64,000 bases of DNA. Source: Camelus ferus. Lineage: Eukaryota. The notes under the pieces are model-generated. The model had not been told where the DNA came from and ran no database searches. It worked only from the letters and a program-made list of their open reading frames with translations. The DNA lies in NCBI RefSeq assembly GCF_009834535.1, contig NC_045696.1, positions 63,490,001-63,554,000 on the forward strand. The letters are read 5' to 3'. Of this stretch, positions 1 to 13,099 are shown piece after piece (position 1 is the stretch's first letter; each line of letters starts with the position of its first letter). The position numbers and the translations under genes are program-made.

Positions 1-795
1 CAGAGAATAATATAAATTGTGTTCAGCACAATTAGATTGTAAGACATGGAATCTAACTGAATTCCAATTAGATCGTAAGAAAAGGTGCATGAAGAAAGTG
101 GCTTGTCTTCATACTGTGGAGAGTCCTGAAATAGAGGTTGACGAGTTTGTGCTTAATTCTCTAGGCAATGAGGTACCATGAAGATTTTTTTCTGAGAGAG
201 GGTTTTTAGGAAGGAGAGGATTGTTATAGCAGTTGAACCAACAGCACTAATGTAAGCATCTCACACTCACATCCTTTTACAGGTCCACTCACATCTTACC
301 TGCTCACTGCTGGAGTCAGGATGGGGAGGGAGGGAAGGAGGTGGGGCTAGGATTTGGGGGAGAGGCTGATGGGCAGCAGGGCTTCAATTTCAATGGAATG
401 TTTTCATGGGCATCGCCTTTCCCTTCCGGGATGGGTGGATGAGTGGAGTTTCCTTGGGAGTGTTTTTCTTGGGCATTTTTATTGGGTTTCAACTAAAAAC
501 ACAGGATATCGAGATGGATCTTCATGGTTTAGGTTGAATTGCAGTCCACCCCCAAACTTCCTTGAGGTTAGGTTTTATCCAACCCATCTGACCGTTCCAG
601 TGCCTACCAAACAGATTTCTAGAATGCCGAAGCCAGAAAGGGCCTCCGAGAGCACCTGAACCACCCCTATCCTCTTACTCCCTCGGTTCTGTGAAGATAT
701 GAGAGTAAGACAGTAACTCAATTCCAAAAACACGAATCTGATCACACTGTTTACCTCTATGAAACCCTTCAATGGCAGCCTAAGATCTTTAGCTA

Positions 796-928
796 GAGTG
801 ACCAGACATCCTGATTTGCCCAGAATGGCCCTAGTTCTTGCTTGTCGCCCTGGTGCAGTTATTCATAGTGACCGCCTTCACTCCCCAGAATGAACCAGCT
901 TGGATGATAAATTATATGGTCCTCCTAA
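796..928. mobile_element. MER94/MER81-like hAT-Blackjack MITE
   Basis: Termini agagtgacca ... tggtcctccta resemble TAGGGTGACC TIRs. Confidence 0.55.
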
Positions 929-2475
929 GCAATGCTTTCCAAGACACAGGCCCTGGTGTAGAGACAGGCATGGGGGTGGGGGGAGTCTCAGAGTTACTGT
1001 GGGGGTCTGTAAGCCCATCATGCTTATGTGTTTCTCAGTCAGCAGAGAAGATTAAGACTACTACATTTTAAAGGTCCAAGAAGAATGTTGAAGTTTCATA
1101 CAGGAATCACTTGAAAATATTGGGACACAAGGACCTGCAGGATCCAGCCCTCCTTATCCAGCCTCCAGCCTCCGCTGCTCCTCTCCTAGTGCTCTGCCTC
1201 CCTCCTGGGGTCCAGCTCCAAGGGAGGGGCAATTCCTGGTGCCCCAACTCTTTCATGCTGGTTCAGGGCTCTGTGCTTTTGAATACGTTTTCCCTTTGCT
1301 GGAAGATCTTTGCCACCAGTGCCACCCTCCTTCCACCCACCTCCTCTCTTGACCAACTAATGAAATCCCATCCTTTCTTCAATGCTCAGAGCCTCCATGC
1401 CCCTGTCCCTGCCCCACCCTGCCCCCACCCCGGGGGCAGAGGTGGATGGAATCTCCCAGACTCTTCTGAGCCTTCTGGTGCCCGGCGTGCTCTGCTGTCC
1501 TGGTGGCTGTTAACACTCTGGATTGGCTCTACTTGTTTACATGCTTCTCTCTCTCCTGGACCTCGAGCAACTTGAAGTCACGGTGACTGGCACAAGGAGG
1601 GGAGATAGGCAGTGTTTGTCCAGTGCATTCGTTCAGTACGTATTCATTGAGTATTAACTTTATTCCAAGCACTACACTACTGCAGGGAAGCCAGTAGTGC
1701 ACAAAGCAATGCCCTTGTTTCTGGGCATGACAGCCCCGTCAGTGAATGGATGTGGCGTGGCGTGCGCATGGGTACAGATGCGTGCATCGTGCGTGTGTGT
1801 ACACGTGCATCTGTGATGGCAAGAGGTTTCCCAGAACCTCGGGTTCCTCTCAGGAAGCGAAAACACTTCACAACAAGTCAGTCTTTTTCCATGCAGCTTC
1901 TTTATGAATTAAGCAGCATACATTTCTGATCTATTTAAAAACAGGGAAAGGGAAGTCGGCAGAGACAAAAATAACTTTTGCAAGGTCGCTGAGTGACGTG
2001 GTTGGTCCCCTGGGAGAGAAGTCTTGTACCTTGGACCCGGCTTAGCCCAGGGTGAGGGGTGGTTGTGAGCCGGGCCTGCTCGTTCCCCTGGGAGCATCTG
2101 TGAGGCAGGCCATGGGGGTGCCTGTCACCAGACAGGGGCCCATCCCGGGAGCTGGTCCAAGGCCCCAGAGGCTGAGCAGAAGGCTGTGTGCTGTCTCTAG
2201 TCAGGAGGGCTCTGTTCTCAGGGGTTTATGTGTACAATTCCTGGTGTGGGGAGGAAGACTTACAGCTGGGGCTGGAGTACATACTAGGTCCCGAGGAGCT
2301 TGGCAAATGACAACGCAAACCACTGAAGAAGACAGAGAGGGAGAGTGGGAGGGGGCGGGATGAGGGATGGAAAAGAGAGAGAGATTGAGATATCGAGATT
2401 CTCAGCCTGAGTCCTGGACAGCTGTGGTGAGGGACCAGAGTCTAACTTTTTGCTCCCAGAATACCATAAATCTGC

Positions 2476-2481
<6 letters not shown>

Positions 2482-2512
<31 letters not shown>

Positions 2513-2521
2513 CCTCTCTCC
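2482..2521. repeat. (TC)n microsatellite
   Basis: Read directly. Confidence 0.95.
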
Positions 2522-4619
2522 CACAACCCCACTCTCTCACCCCAATTTATGTCTGCCTTTAAATAACCCTCCCCACCCCAACTCAGAGATTCTTTCTTCT
2601 CTGTTTCAAGGATTGCAACAACTTTGGGCAGCCCTGGGATCCCCGTTCAACACTGTCCTTTTCCGCCTTCACCACCTTTTTAATTACATTCAGGAACTCT
2701 CTTGAAGACGATGTGGTCTCCCACACGACAGAAGGCAAGGCGATAGCTCCACAGAGGAGTCCATGTCCCGGCCGGCTGGGCTGGGGGAGACCATGATCGC
2801 AGACGCCCAGGCCAGCCGCTCGGTCCACAGGAGGGAAGGGGACTCACCTCAGCTCCCTTGCGGTCAGTGTCCTCCAGCTCTGAGCCTCTATTAGATTCTA
2901 TTAACAGCCCCTCCCAGCTCAAAGAAATAAGGAGCCACAGGGAGGGAACAGAGGGTCACCTGGAGGTAGAGGAATGCCAGCTGCTGTCAGGTCACCTGAA
3001 CCGCAAAACCTAGTGACTCAGCCACTCTCTGGCCTTGCTAGGGGCTTCACCCCATCAAATCTTGTTCCCCCAGCACAACTTCCCTCTGCTGGGGGCCCAG
3101 TACGCCCACCACACTGCTGGCCATGCCCACACTTGCCCTTCCACTTCCTGGGATCACGTGCCTCCCCCTTGGGCCCATCAACACCCTAAATATCCTGGAG
3201 TGTAAAGAGGCCGAAAGACTGGAAATGACTCCCTGGAGGGAAAGGAAAGGTGTTCCTGTTAGCTGGGGAGGGAGGCGTGCGTGAAGGAGAGGCCATCTTG
3301 TTTCATTTTGGAAGGCTGAGTCTGAAGGGTGGTGGGACCCCGGGAACAGGAACTCCCCACTCAACCCCGGAAATCTGGAAGGAATCCAGGAAATGGATGT
3401 CCGCTGCAGGAGGGCCGGTGCACGGGGTCAGGGCCCTCCCCAGAGCCCAGGCCCGACACCAGGTTCCTGGGACCAGCCTGACAGCACCAGAGAGCCCAGT
3501 CTCCCGGGCCCTCTCCCTGCCTTCTCTTCTTCCCTTCCCACTTAGAAGTTCACCCCGGAGTGTGGCTGGGAGAGAGAGCGGGCCCTGATGTCACGCTCAA
3601 TACCTTGTGGGTGCTAAACGTCGTTGTTGAATGAATAAATGATTAAAACATGAACCAAAGAGAGAGGGAGGCAAAGCAGGTAGAAACAGGTGTGGGCAGA
3701 GATCAGGGGGGATAAGGGTGGAGAAATGAACCATTGAAAGGGCATCTGTGTCTGGGGGCAGATAATGTAACTTGCAAGTCCTGGATCATAACCATCTAAG
3801 TGCACACCTCGTATAAATAGTTCCTTGGTTCACACTGTCCACACATACTGACCCTCACTCAGGGCGTAGGCTACTGGGAGGGTAATTCAGGGGACTGTGG
3901 TCTCAAAGTTGAAGGCCCCGTGGGACTGTATAATCCAATGCTCCCATTTTACAGATAAAGAAAGTAGAGTTAACTGAGGGCAAGTGACATTGCCAAGGTC
4001 ACCGTGAGTTGGGGCAGGGCCTATCTCCAGGTCAGGTTCTGGCTCCACCTGGCCCTTCCAGGGGATTTAAAGAGGCAGCTTTTCCTGGGCAAGGACTGAT
4101 TGATGGCAGTGACTCATTAGCACATGAAACCAGTCAGACCTGGCCTTTCTCTGCCCTCCCACACACCCAGCCCTGGAGCTTCTTCTAGCCTCTTCTCTAC
4201 TTCTCCCACTGCTCTCACCTGCCAACTGCCTGGACTCCCCAGCCTTTAAAACAAGAAGCGCCCATTTTGCTCGAATTTCCTTAGGGGGCCCCTTTCTGAA
4301 AATTCTTTATTTATACCTAAATTCTCCAGAGATGGAGAGACCAGTGTCTCATTCATCTGTCTCTCCACCGTGACACAGTATGAGCGTATAGTAGGTGCTC
4401 AGTAAGAGTTTCGTGTTGAGAGGAAGTAGGAAAAGATGGAGACCAGAAGTCTAGGAAGTCTGGGGAGCCATGAGTTTTGTTTGTGGATTTTCTCAGAGAA
4501 GCCCTGGACCCCGTATTCTGACAAAGAGAAGGGCCTTTATGTGCCACTTAGACCAGCAAAAACTGCTGTTAGACCTTTATTTATACTCAAATACATGTAA
4601 AGGACAGAAGTAGACTCTC

Positions 4620-4778
4620 GGGGGGAGGGTATAGCTCAGTGGTAGAGTGTGTGTTTAGCATGTACGAGGTCCTGGGTTCCGTTCCCAGTACCTTCATCAG
4701 AAATAAATAAATAAACCTAATTACTGATACCTCCCCCCAAAAAATAAATATTTAAAAAAAATTAAAATTAAAAAAAAA
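4620..4778 (+). mobile_element. tRNA-derived SINE, Vic-1-like (camelid)
   Basis: Head GGGGAGGGTATAGCTCAGTGGTAGAG (A box), GGTTCCGTTCCC (B-box-like), A-rich tail; TSD AAGTAG(A/G)CTCTC at 4608-4619 and 4779-4790. Confidence 0.9.
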
Positions 4779-7319
4779 AAGTAGGCTCTCAAACCAAATT
4801 AGGATGAAGCCAACTCAAATCAGTAGACAAGACTTAGGGAATGGGGACTCTGACTGACTTGTGAACCCCTGGCCTTTTAATATTAATTTCCAGAGATTTA
4901 AGTGCAAACATCTTTCAAAAGCAATTTATGACTCAATTCACATCCAGTCTGTTTCTGGGGTTAATATCTCACATCCATGAATAGTCAAGACTGGTTGTGT
5001 GGACATGTGGATATCATGTGAATTCTGGTTTTGATGGCTCTTTTGGAGTGGAGTCTGCAAAAATTGCATATTCAATTACATAAGTGTTTCAACCAAAGAG
5101 AAAAAGAAAAACATGAGGAATGGCCTTCAGCCATACTTCAAAGATGGCAGCTCAGTTGCTCTTATTAAGGTCATAACCGAAGTCAAGGACAGATTCCCAG
5201 CCTGGGCTTGTTCTATCCCATAGAGTTTCTTGTAATTTCAAGTGATGTCATAGCTTGCTCCAAATACAAATAAGTTTACTTTAGCTTAAATGTTTATACA
5301 CACGCATCCCATGTGATACCTGATTGTGTACACTTACCATGCATCACTTTTGGTAGGAGTTGGCTTGTGGGATGAGGACTACCAAGAAATCAAGTAATAA
5401 GTAGGCAACTCATATCTAAATGATGCAGGTCACTGGAGTTGCCTTTAAAGAGAAAAAAAAGACAACTTTACAAAATAAAACTATTAAATAAGATTAAATT
5501 TTCCTCATACACAGAGGAAAATTACAAGAGGGATAATAAATGGAAACAAAATCTTGACAGCTCTCCATGTTTGATTACAATTGCTCCACAGTGTTTAAGG
5601 ATGTTTTGAAAAATAAAATAACATGACTTTCATAACTTGTATAAGTCACTATTTCATGTGAGATGAAGTGGACCAAGCTACGGCCTGGGTTTTACTTGTG
5701 TTGCATAGGGGCAGTGGGAGCTATGGAAGATTCTAAGGGGAGAAGGGAGAAGAGGGATCTGTGTTTTAACAGAAACATCAGCAGTTTGGTGGAGGTAGAG
5801 TAAAGGCAAAAAGCCAATTCCGAGGATGTAGCAATAACCGATGTGCAAAATGTTGACGACACTTGAGCTGGATTAGAGATGATGGGACAGATGTGGTGGC
5901 ATTGAGAGTGAATTGGCTCTATCATAGCACCTGCTTTTAGTTTCTTCATAGTATTTACCATGAGCTGAAGTTTTCTCCTTCGTTTATTTCTTTTCTTTTT
6001 TTATTATTTTCTCCACAGTGGGACGTGGACTCTCTGAGAGCCATGACCTGGCTTGTCTTGTTCGTTGCAGAGACTCTCCTGCCTGGAACAGTGCCTGGCA
6101 CAGAATAGGCGCTGCGTGAATCCCTGGTGGATGACAAGCCAGCCTCAGGGAGAGCTGTTTTGTGGGCCAGTGACCCACACTGGTGCCAGATGCCATTTGC
6201 TTCGGGTACCGCATCCTGAGCTGCAGGTGACCTCACAAACTGTAGTGTCTCTTCTAAAGAAACCCCTCAGGTAATACGTGTTCATTTTGACCTACCACAA
6301 AACTGGAACGCAAAATACTGGCAGTCACAGACAAGAAAGAAAAGCCTGAACAAACTATATATGTCGAAATCCAGCAACTGCTTCACGGCTGGGGGACATT
6401 TTGCTTACAGAAACTGTAATGATTCTGTTGCAAACAGCTGCTCTGTATTGGTGGCTTTTCTGACGTGGCCTTTCCCACGGCTGGTGCTTTGGAACCCCTT
6501 ACACCCTTATATGCTTTTACTCACTGTTTCTCTGGGTCACAGTGTGAGTCAGTCACCTATTAAAGAATGACTCTTTTTCAAATCAGCCACACAAATATGA
6601 TCTTCAAAATCGGATACTTGTCTTACTTCTTACAGTTTAGGATTTATTTTCCCATTCTCTCGCTATCATTTTTGATTCTGAAAAATTTCTGGCAGTTCAT
6701 TTTTGCTGAGGATCGTCAAGCTTTATGTGTTAAAAAAACAAAACTTGCCTTCGATTGCATCAATTCTTCTGTCACTTGGTAGAAAGGAGAAGGGAAGGGA
6801 GGGACCCGCAGTTCTGCTGTCCTGAGAGATTGAGTTACACGCGCTAAGGCGGCAAAGCAGGAGTGAGGAGAATGGATTTCCAGCTGCCCCCAATTGGCTC
6901 TGGTTATACATGCAGCCAAAGTGCATGGACCACTGAGACTGGATCTAGGTATATTTGCCCTTGGCAGTCAGCAGGGAGGTGTCCCCCCGCGACCTTAGAG
7001 ACAGGCTGTAGATAGCACAGCTTAGTCCTGTCCATTTCTGCAGAGAAGGAGGGGAGTGTGGCACCACAGCCAGGGAGATGGCTTCCAGAGACCCACCTCT
7101 GTCACTCTCCAGCTGCCACCTTGGCCCAACCATCTACTTTCTTTGAGAAACATCATCCACATTCGCTATGAGGAAAACAGTTCTGGTCCTACTTACCTAC
7201 ATGCTTTTGGGATCAAAGGAGATGACGTTTTTGTAAAAGCATTTTGTGAACCTCAAAAGTATTATTCAAATGTGAATTGTTATTTTATTAATACCCTCCT
7301 TCTTACTATACTAGTAATA

Positions 7320-9200
7320 TGTAACTTCCTGAATGATTTCTGTATGACAAGCACTGTCACATGCTGGGAGTATGGGGAAAATACGTTGTTTTTGCCCCCT
7401 AAACGTCCACAGTCTGGGCTGGGGAGACAGATAAACAGATAGGATAATCTAGGATCTGTGTAAAATGTTCCAGGGTGGGGGAAGGCAGGAGGGATGGGGA
7501 GGGGTCAGAGCAGGGATCTGGAGGCATCAGGATGGGATTCTGGAAGCAGGTAAATTGAGCAAAGTCTTGAAGGATGCGTGTGTAGGAGGTCCCTGGATGG
7601 AGAAGTGGAGGGGGAGGCTTCCCGCTCAGGGACGGTGTTTGCGGAGGGATGGAGGGCTTGTGGCACTGAAGCAGCTTTGTGCTAGGGGGAAACAGGGTTG
7701 GGATGCTGACTTCTTATAAGGAATAAGTGGGAGAGGAGGCCAAGGGCAAATCACACAGATTTCTCCAGTCTTGTAGGCAACAGGAAGCCTTTGGACGTTT
7801 TCTCTCGGAGATGTGGTTGTTCACATTTGTGACGGGTTGGAGGGAGGCAAGGCTGAATATGAGGCAATCCGTCTGGAGGAGATGAAAACAAAAAACTCGA
7901 ATCTCCTGCCCAAAGGCAATGGCAAAGGGAGCTGCGATTCATACAACAGGGAAGCCGGAAGGTTCCTGGCACCCTGTGGGATGCTGGGAGGAGATGATGG
8001 GGGCGGGCAGGGGTGTTGGGTGTTGAGGAAGACACATTAAGCCTGGGAAGACAGGGGTAGGGGCACTTCAGAGATGGGGACTAGCATCACAAAATGAGGT
8101 GGAGACATACTGACTTTCATGTGGAGATGGCCTGTGGGCAGTTGGACTCATGGTTTGAAGCTCAGGAAACAATTCGGGATTTAAGATACCAAATTTGGTG
8201 TTCTTCATGTAGATGCCAGTCACTGCTGTGAGTGACAAGGGAAAAAGGACATGGACAGATTTTTCTTTCTTTTTTTTTTGATTGAAGTATACTCAGTTAC
8301 AATGTGTCAATTTCTGGTATACAGCATAATGTTTCAGACATACATATACATACATATATTCGTTTTCATATTCTTTTTCATTATAGGTAACTACAAGATG
8401 TTGAATGTAGTTCCCTGTGCTATACAGAAGAAATTTTTAAAATCTATTTTTGTATATAGTAGGCAATATTTGCAAATCTCGAACTCCCAGTTTATGCCTT
8501 CCCACCCCCTGTCCCCCCCAGTAACCACAAGATTATTTACTGTGTCTGTGAGTCTGTTTCTGTTTTGCAGATAAGTTCATTTGTGTCTTCTTTTTTCTTT
8601 TTTTAGATTCCATATATGAGTGATATCATATAGTATTTTTCTTTCTCTTTTTGGCTTACTTCACTTAGAATGACAATCTCCAGGTCCAGCCATGTTGCTG
8701 CAAATGGCATTATTTTATTCTTTTTTATGACTGAGTAGTATTCCTTTGTATAAATATACCACAGCTTCTTTATCCAGTCATCTGTTGATGGACATTTAGG
8801 TTGTTTCCATGTGGACAGACTTTTCAGGGGCAGCGACCTTAATGAGGTGAATGGAGGGAAAGAATCCCATACTGGATGTTGGGAAATCACCAGAGAGGAT
8901 GCAGGAAGTCAGGAGAAAGAGGTGCCACAGAGGCTGAGGGAGGAGGGAATTTCAAGGATGGAGTTGGCACATGGTCAAAACCTCATAAATGTAGACAGAG
9001 GAAAAGGACCAAAGAGGGAGCATCTGGTTTGTTCAGTGGGAGAGAGGCATTCAGAAGCCTGGCTGCACGGGTCACAGTGAGAGAGAAGTGAGGCAGTGGA
9101 GGCTTTGGGCGAAAGTCCGTGGTCCCTGGTGAGGAGAGGGGAGAGCAGTCACAGGTACAGAGAGGGGTGCAGGGTTGGGGAAGTTGGCTCTGAAAGACGG
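7320..9200. mobile_element. Degraded L2-like sequence interrupted by the L1
   Basis: Purine-rich L2-like text on both sides of the L1 (e.g. ggagatggcctgtgggcagttggactcatggtttgaagctcagg); boundaries approximate. Confidence 0.5.
8266..8811 (-). mobile_element. 5'-truncated LINE-1 (ORF2 C-terminal fragment, 3' UTR, poly-A)
   Basis: Translates to WKQPKCPSTDDWIKKLWYIYTKEYYSVIKKNKIMPFAATWLDLEIVILSEVSQKEK, the typical end of L1 ORF2; TSD TGGACAGA(T/C)TTTTC at 8252-8265 and 8812-8825. Confidence 0.93.
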
Positions 9201-12200
9201 TAGAGAAACAAATGTGTTTATAGACTGAGGAAACAGGCAAAAAAAAAAAAGGTAAATGAGACTGAACATTCAGGAAGAAAAACAGATGCTCTGTGGGCCA
9301 CTTCCCTGATGAAGGGGAAAGGGCCCCAGAGCATAGTCCCTGGGAGAGAAGGGGAGGATGGAGCACAGGTGGAGGTAAGCTTAAGGGGGGACTAGTCAGA
9401 AGGGGAGCCAATAAGGACCAAACTAAGGAGTAGGAGAGCTGGGTGGCACGAGGGACAGATTTTTATCTGAGGAAGGAAGAGCCATGATTGGTCAAGGGGA
9501 TGGAAAGGCACAGAATGTGTCCTCACTTCCTAGTCTGTGGTACCCATACCTTCATCCCCCTACCCCGCTTCCCTCCCTACTCACACCTGGGCCAAACATC
9601 ATGTCATCAATCCAGCAGGCTCAAGAGAAAGGTGGAATCAGGTAATGAAGGGGTTCATACCGAGGCTGCAGGTGGAGGGGCACTTGTTTAAAAGAGAAGA
9701 AATTTCCAGAGAGCGCAGTGGAAAGACTGAGGCACCCACTTGGATGAGGGACAGCAGAGTTGAGAACTGGACCCATGGCTGGAGGCTGTACACTCAGCAT
9801 GAAAACTTGGCTTTTTAAAAATTAAGTTGAATTCAGCCCGACATCAGGTTAGAAACCAGTTGCTAGACCTCAAGACGATTGATTCTTTGAAATCCCCCTT
9901 CGATTTTCAAACCAGCTATGTGTGTAAATATGACTACAGCCTCAGGTCTTTGATATAGGAGCCGTGCGAATATTTGAAGCAAGAACATTTTACATTATCC
10001 TTTAGGAACCGCTCCCAGCATTGAACTGTTTCAAAATGTCTCTTCTTTGCGGAAACTCTCTGGTTTGAACTTAAAACTAAATCTCAAAGAGATTACAGTA
10101 AAGTAGTTCCCAGGTTCTCTAGATGATTGGCCATGATGCTCCCCAACTCCAAAACAAGAAAACAAAAGTAAAGTGAACGAGTCTTTGGTTTCAGAGATTT
10201 TTAGAGGCTGTTCTTCTCTGTAAGGCATGAGTGGCCAATTCCACAGTTATTTGGTATGTAGAGTTTTAAGGGAAATACCTATTTGATCCTTCAAGATTCT
10301 ATTTGTATGAAAATAATCACATGGGTACTAATTATGGGACAGACACAGGAAAGAATAACCCTGTGTGTTCAAAGGTATTCCTTCTTGGAATGCCTTGCTT
10401 TACAGTTTGTATCTCATCCCTGACCCTAGGTATCTATTGTGGTATTCATGAAAATGAAGAAATGCCTTGAATACTTTTACTTACTTTTACTTTTAAATGT
10501 CATATATGGTACTTGCTTCTGAAACTTATTTGACATGGCATTTACCCTCTCCTGGCCCCCTTAAGAAATCATATTCCTGTTTTACATCTTGATGCCTTAG
10601 GGACAAATTTTATGGCAAACGGGAAAATCAGACAGAAGAGGAACGATGTAGCAGAAAACATGAAGTTTTGGATGGTGGTGTTTGTTAATCGAAGTGGTTT
10701 TCCTCTAGGTTGGAGTGTTCTCTCAGCTGGATTTATAAATGTCACGTCTCACATTGATGACTGAACTGGCAGAGTTAGTTTAACATGAAAACAGATCGCC
10801 TTCGTGAATAACAAAATAGTAAATTACACAGGGTGCTCCTTAAATAACATCACTTTCATTAAGTGATACTTGGAATTCTTAAAAAAAAAAAAGGAAATTA
10901 CTGATCTCTGCTTCACAAAAGGCAAATTACAACTGGAGACACATCCAGACATAGAAAGAATAGCTGCAGTAAAGCCTTATTATTAATTGAGAGTCCAATT
11001 ATTTACTTGGGCTGCAATCATGGCTCCTCTTATTCTTACTAGAAAGGAAGATTTATAGTATAAATAATATGGCCAGAGGTATGTTTAACCTGCTTAAGAG
11101 AATACATTCTTTAAATGACTTTAATGCATTAGTTTTATGAAGGTTAGTGCTTTTGTAAACTATGAATTCAGATTCACTACAAGTATTTGCCAAGGTTACT
11201 GCTTTTCCTATTGGGTACTTAAAATTCAGACTGACTTTACTAATTCACTCTGGTTTAACCAGACTAATTCAGTAAGTTTAGTTAATTCAGTAAATGTACT
11301 AGTAGAAAAACTTTAATTAGGAAAATATCTTTCCTAATTGGAAAGAGTCCTGATAACCAACAGATTACATTCTCTTTGCAGAAAAGAGTGAAAAGGGGAA
11401 GAAGAATGTTTTCTAGGATGAAGAGGGAGAGCGATGATACTTTTTAACTCTTGCTATTCTGTTTTCCAAGTAAGATAACAAGATATTACAGCAAAGGATG
11501 GGGTCTTAGCAGCAGATATGTGAGCAGATCCTGTCAGATGCAGTCTTCCTTTGATGGGTCACGCAGTGAACACAATTCTCTCGAACATAGCAGATCTCCA
11601 AGAACTCGACGTGTGGTCAATTTTCTTGCAATAGTGGAAGTACAGTGCCCATCCTTCAGGTCTGTTTCCACATCTTTAACTGCAGATGAAAAAACCTAGG
11701 TGTAAAATCATCCTAGGACCTTCGCTGAAATTTTTGAAATGTGCTCAATGTAGGTTCTTATAGCCACAGAGCAAGTGTCAAACTGTGGAGATGCACGGAA
11801 GCATGCTCTCCATGGAGGAGAGAATCACAGACTGTGGAGCTGAGAAGGACTTCCGAGACTTCCTGTCTAACCTGCCCCCCTTGTTGGTGAGAATACCGCA
11901 GCCCAGTGATGTAAGGGGACTTGTTCAGGATCTCACAGGTAGTGGTGAGTTTGGTACCAGGATTCCCTGACTTCCCACCCGTTCCTTGACCATATCAAGG
12001 TGACTGCTCATTCAGAAGATACTAGTATTACAAGACTGAGTAATCTAGAAATTAACCATTTCACAATAATTTTTCTTGGGTAGAATCTGACTCATTATTT
12101 ACTCTGCTAGCAAATTCTATGGTCACAAAAATGTATACAAAGATTAATTATAATTTTGAGGACCAAAAATTACTTGTTATAATGTGTCACCTTCTTTTTG

Positions 12201-12499
12201 TACCATGCAGGTACACAACTCTTTTACAGCACTCAACATAGAGTCATTTAAAAAATTACAAACTTTTTTGTCCACTGGTCTGTCTGGTCTACTAGACTGT
12301 GAGTTTGATAGCTACAGAGATCATGCTTTTCTCCTCCCTTTATTTCCATGGTGCATGGTTCAATAATTGTCAAATGAATACATGAAATCCAGAACCTAGG
12401 GAAGGAGCAGTGGTGCTTTCACATGGGGCCTGAAATCACTGGGCAAAAGCCAGGGCTGGCTTTCCCATTTGGTGAACACCCCTCACTGTGGTTTAGGAA

Positions 12500-12712
12500 T
12501 CATAATAGCTGACATGCATCGAGGGCTTATGTGCCGAGCACCGTTCTAAATGCTTTATGTGCATTTACTCATTTCATCCTCACAATCCTATGAAATACCA
12601 CCCTGTGAGCCCAGCGTTGTAAACGAAGTTACAGAGAAGGTAAGTGATGTGCTTAGACTTACAACCTAAGCAACCTGAAGCCAGATCATGTGCTTTTAAC
12701 CTCTGGGCTATT
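12500..12712. mobile_element. MIR
   Basis: cttatgtgccgagcaccgttctaaatgctttatgtgcatttactcatttcatcctcacaa...cagagaaggtaagtga. Confidence 0.7.
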
Positions 12713-13099
12713 CTGCAGTCCAAGGACTGAAACAAGACATCTTGACCCTCTTTTTGACCTCTAAGTCAAATGTATGTATTTGAAAATTTCAATGTAACCA
12801 TGGCGAACTTCCTGAAATTCCCCCAAACTGGACTTGCATATTTCCGTTTTCCTTCACCTCTCCAGTCCCATCTCTATGAACACATCTGTCACCTCTCCGC
12901 TTCAAGTGCCAACTCTCCGAAACCCTTCCCTAGTTTCCTCTCAAATCAGAATTAATCTCTCTGTTCTTAGGTGCCCTTTGTTGAAACTTCTTTTTTGGCA
13001 CTTCCCACATCGTGCCGGGGATGAATCCCTTGGGGGTTCGTCTATCTCCCAGCTAAACCGAGAGCTCGGGGAGGGCAGGGGCTGGGTGGGACTTAGTGT

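Noticed and set aside
4620..4695. tRNA-Ala-like sequence
   Set aside because: SINE head with A-rich tail and TSDs, no clean acceptor stem; not a tRNA gene. Same for the two copies near 60-61 kb.
8603..8890. 95-aa ORF with real protein similarity
   Set aside because: L1 ORF2 C-terminal remnant, not a host gene.
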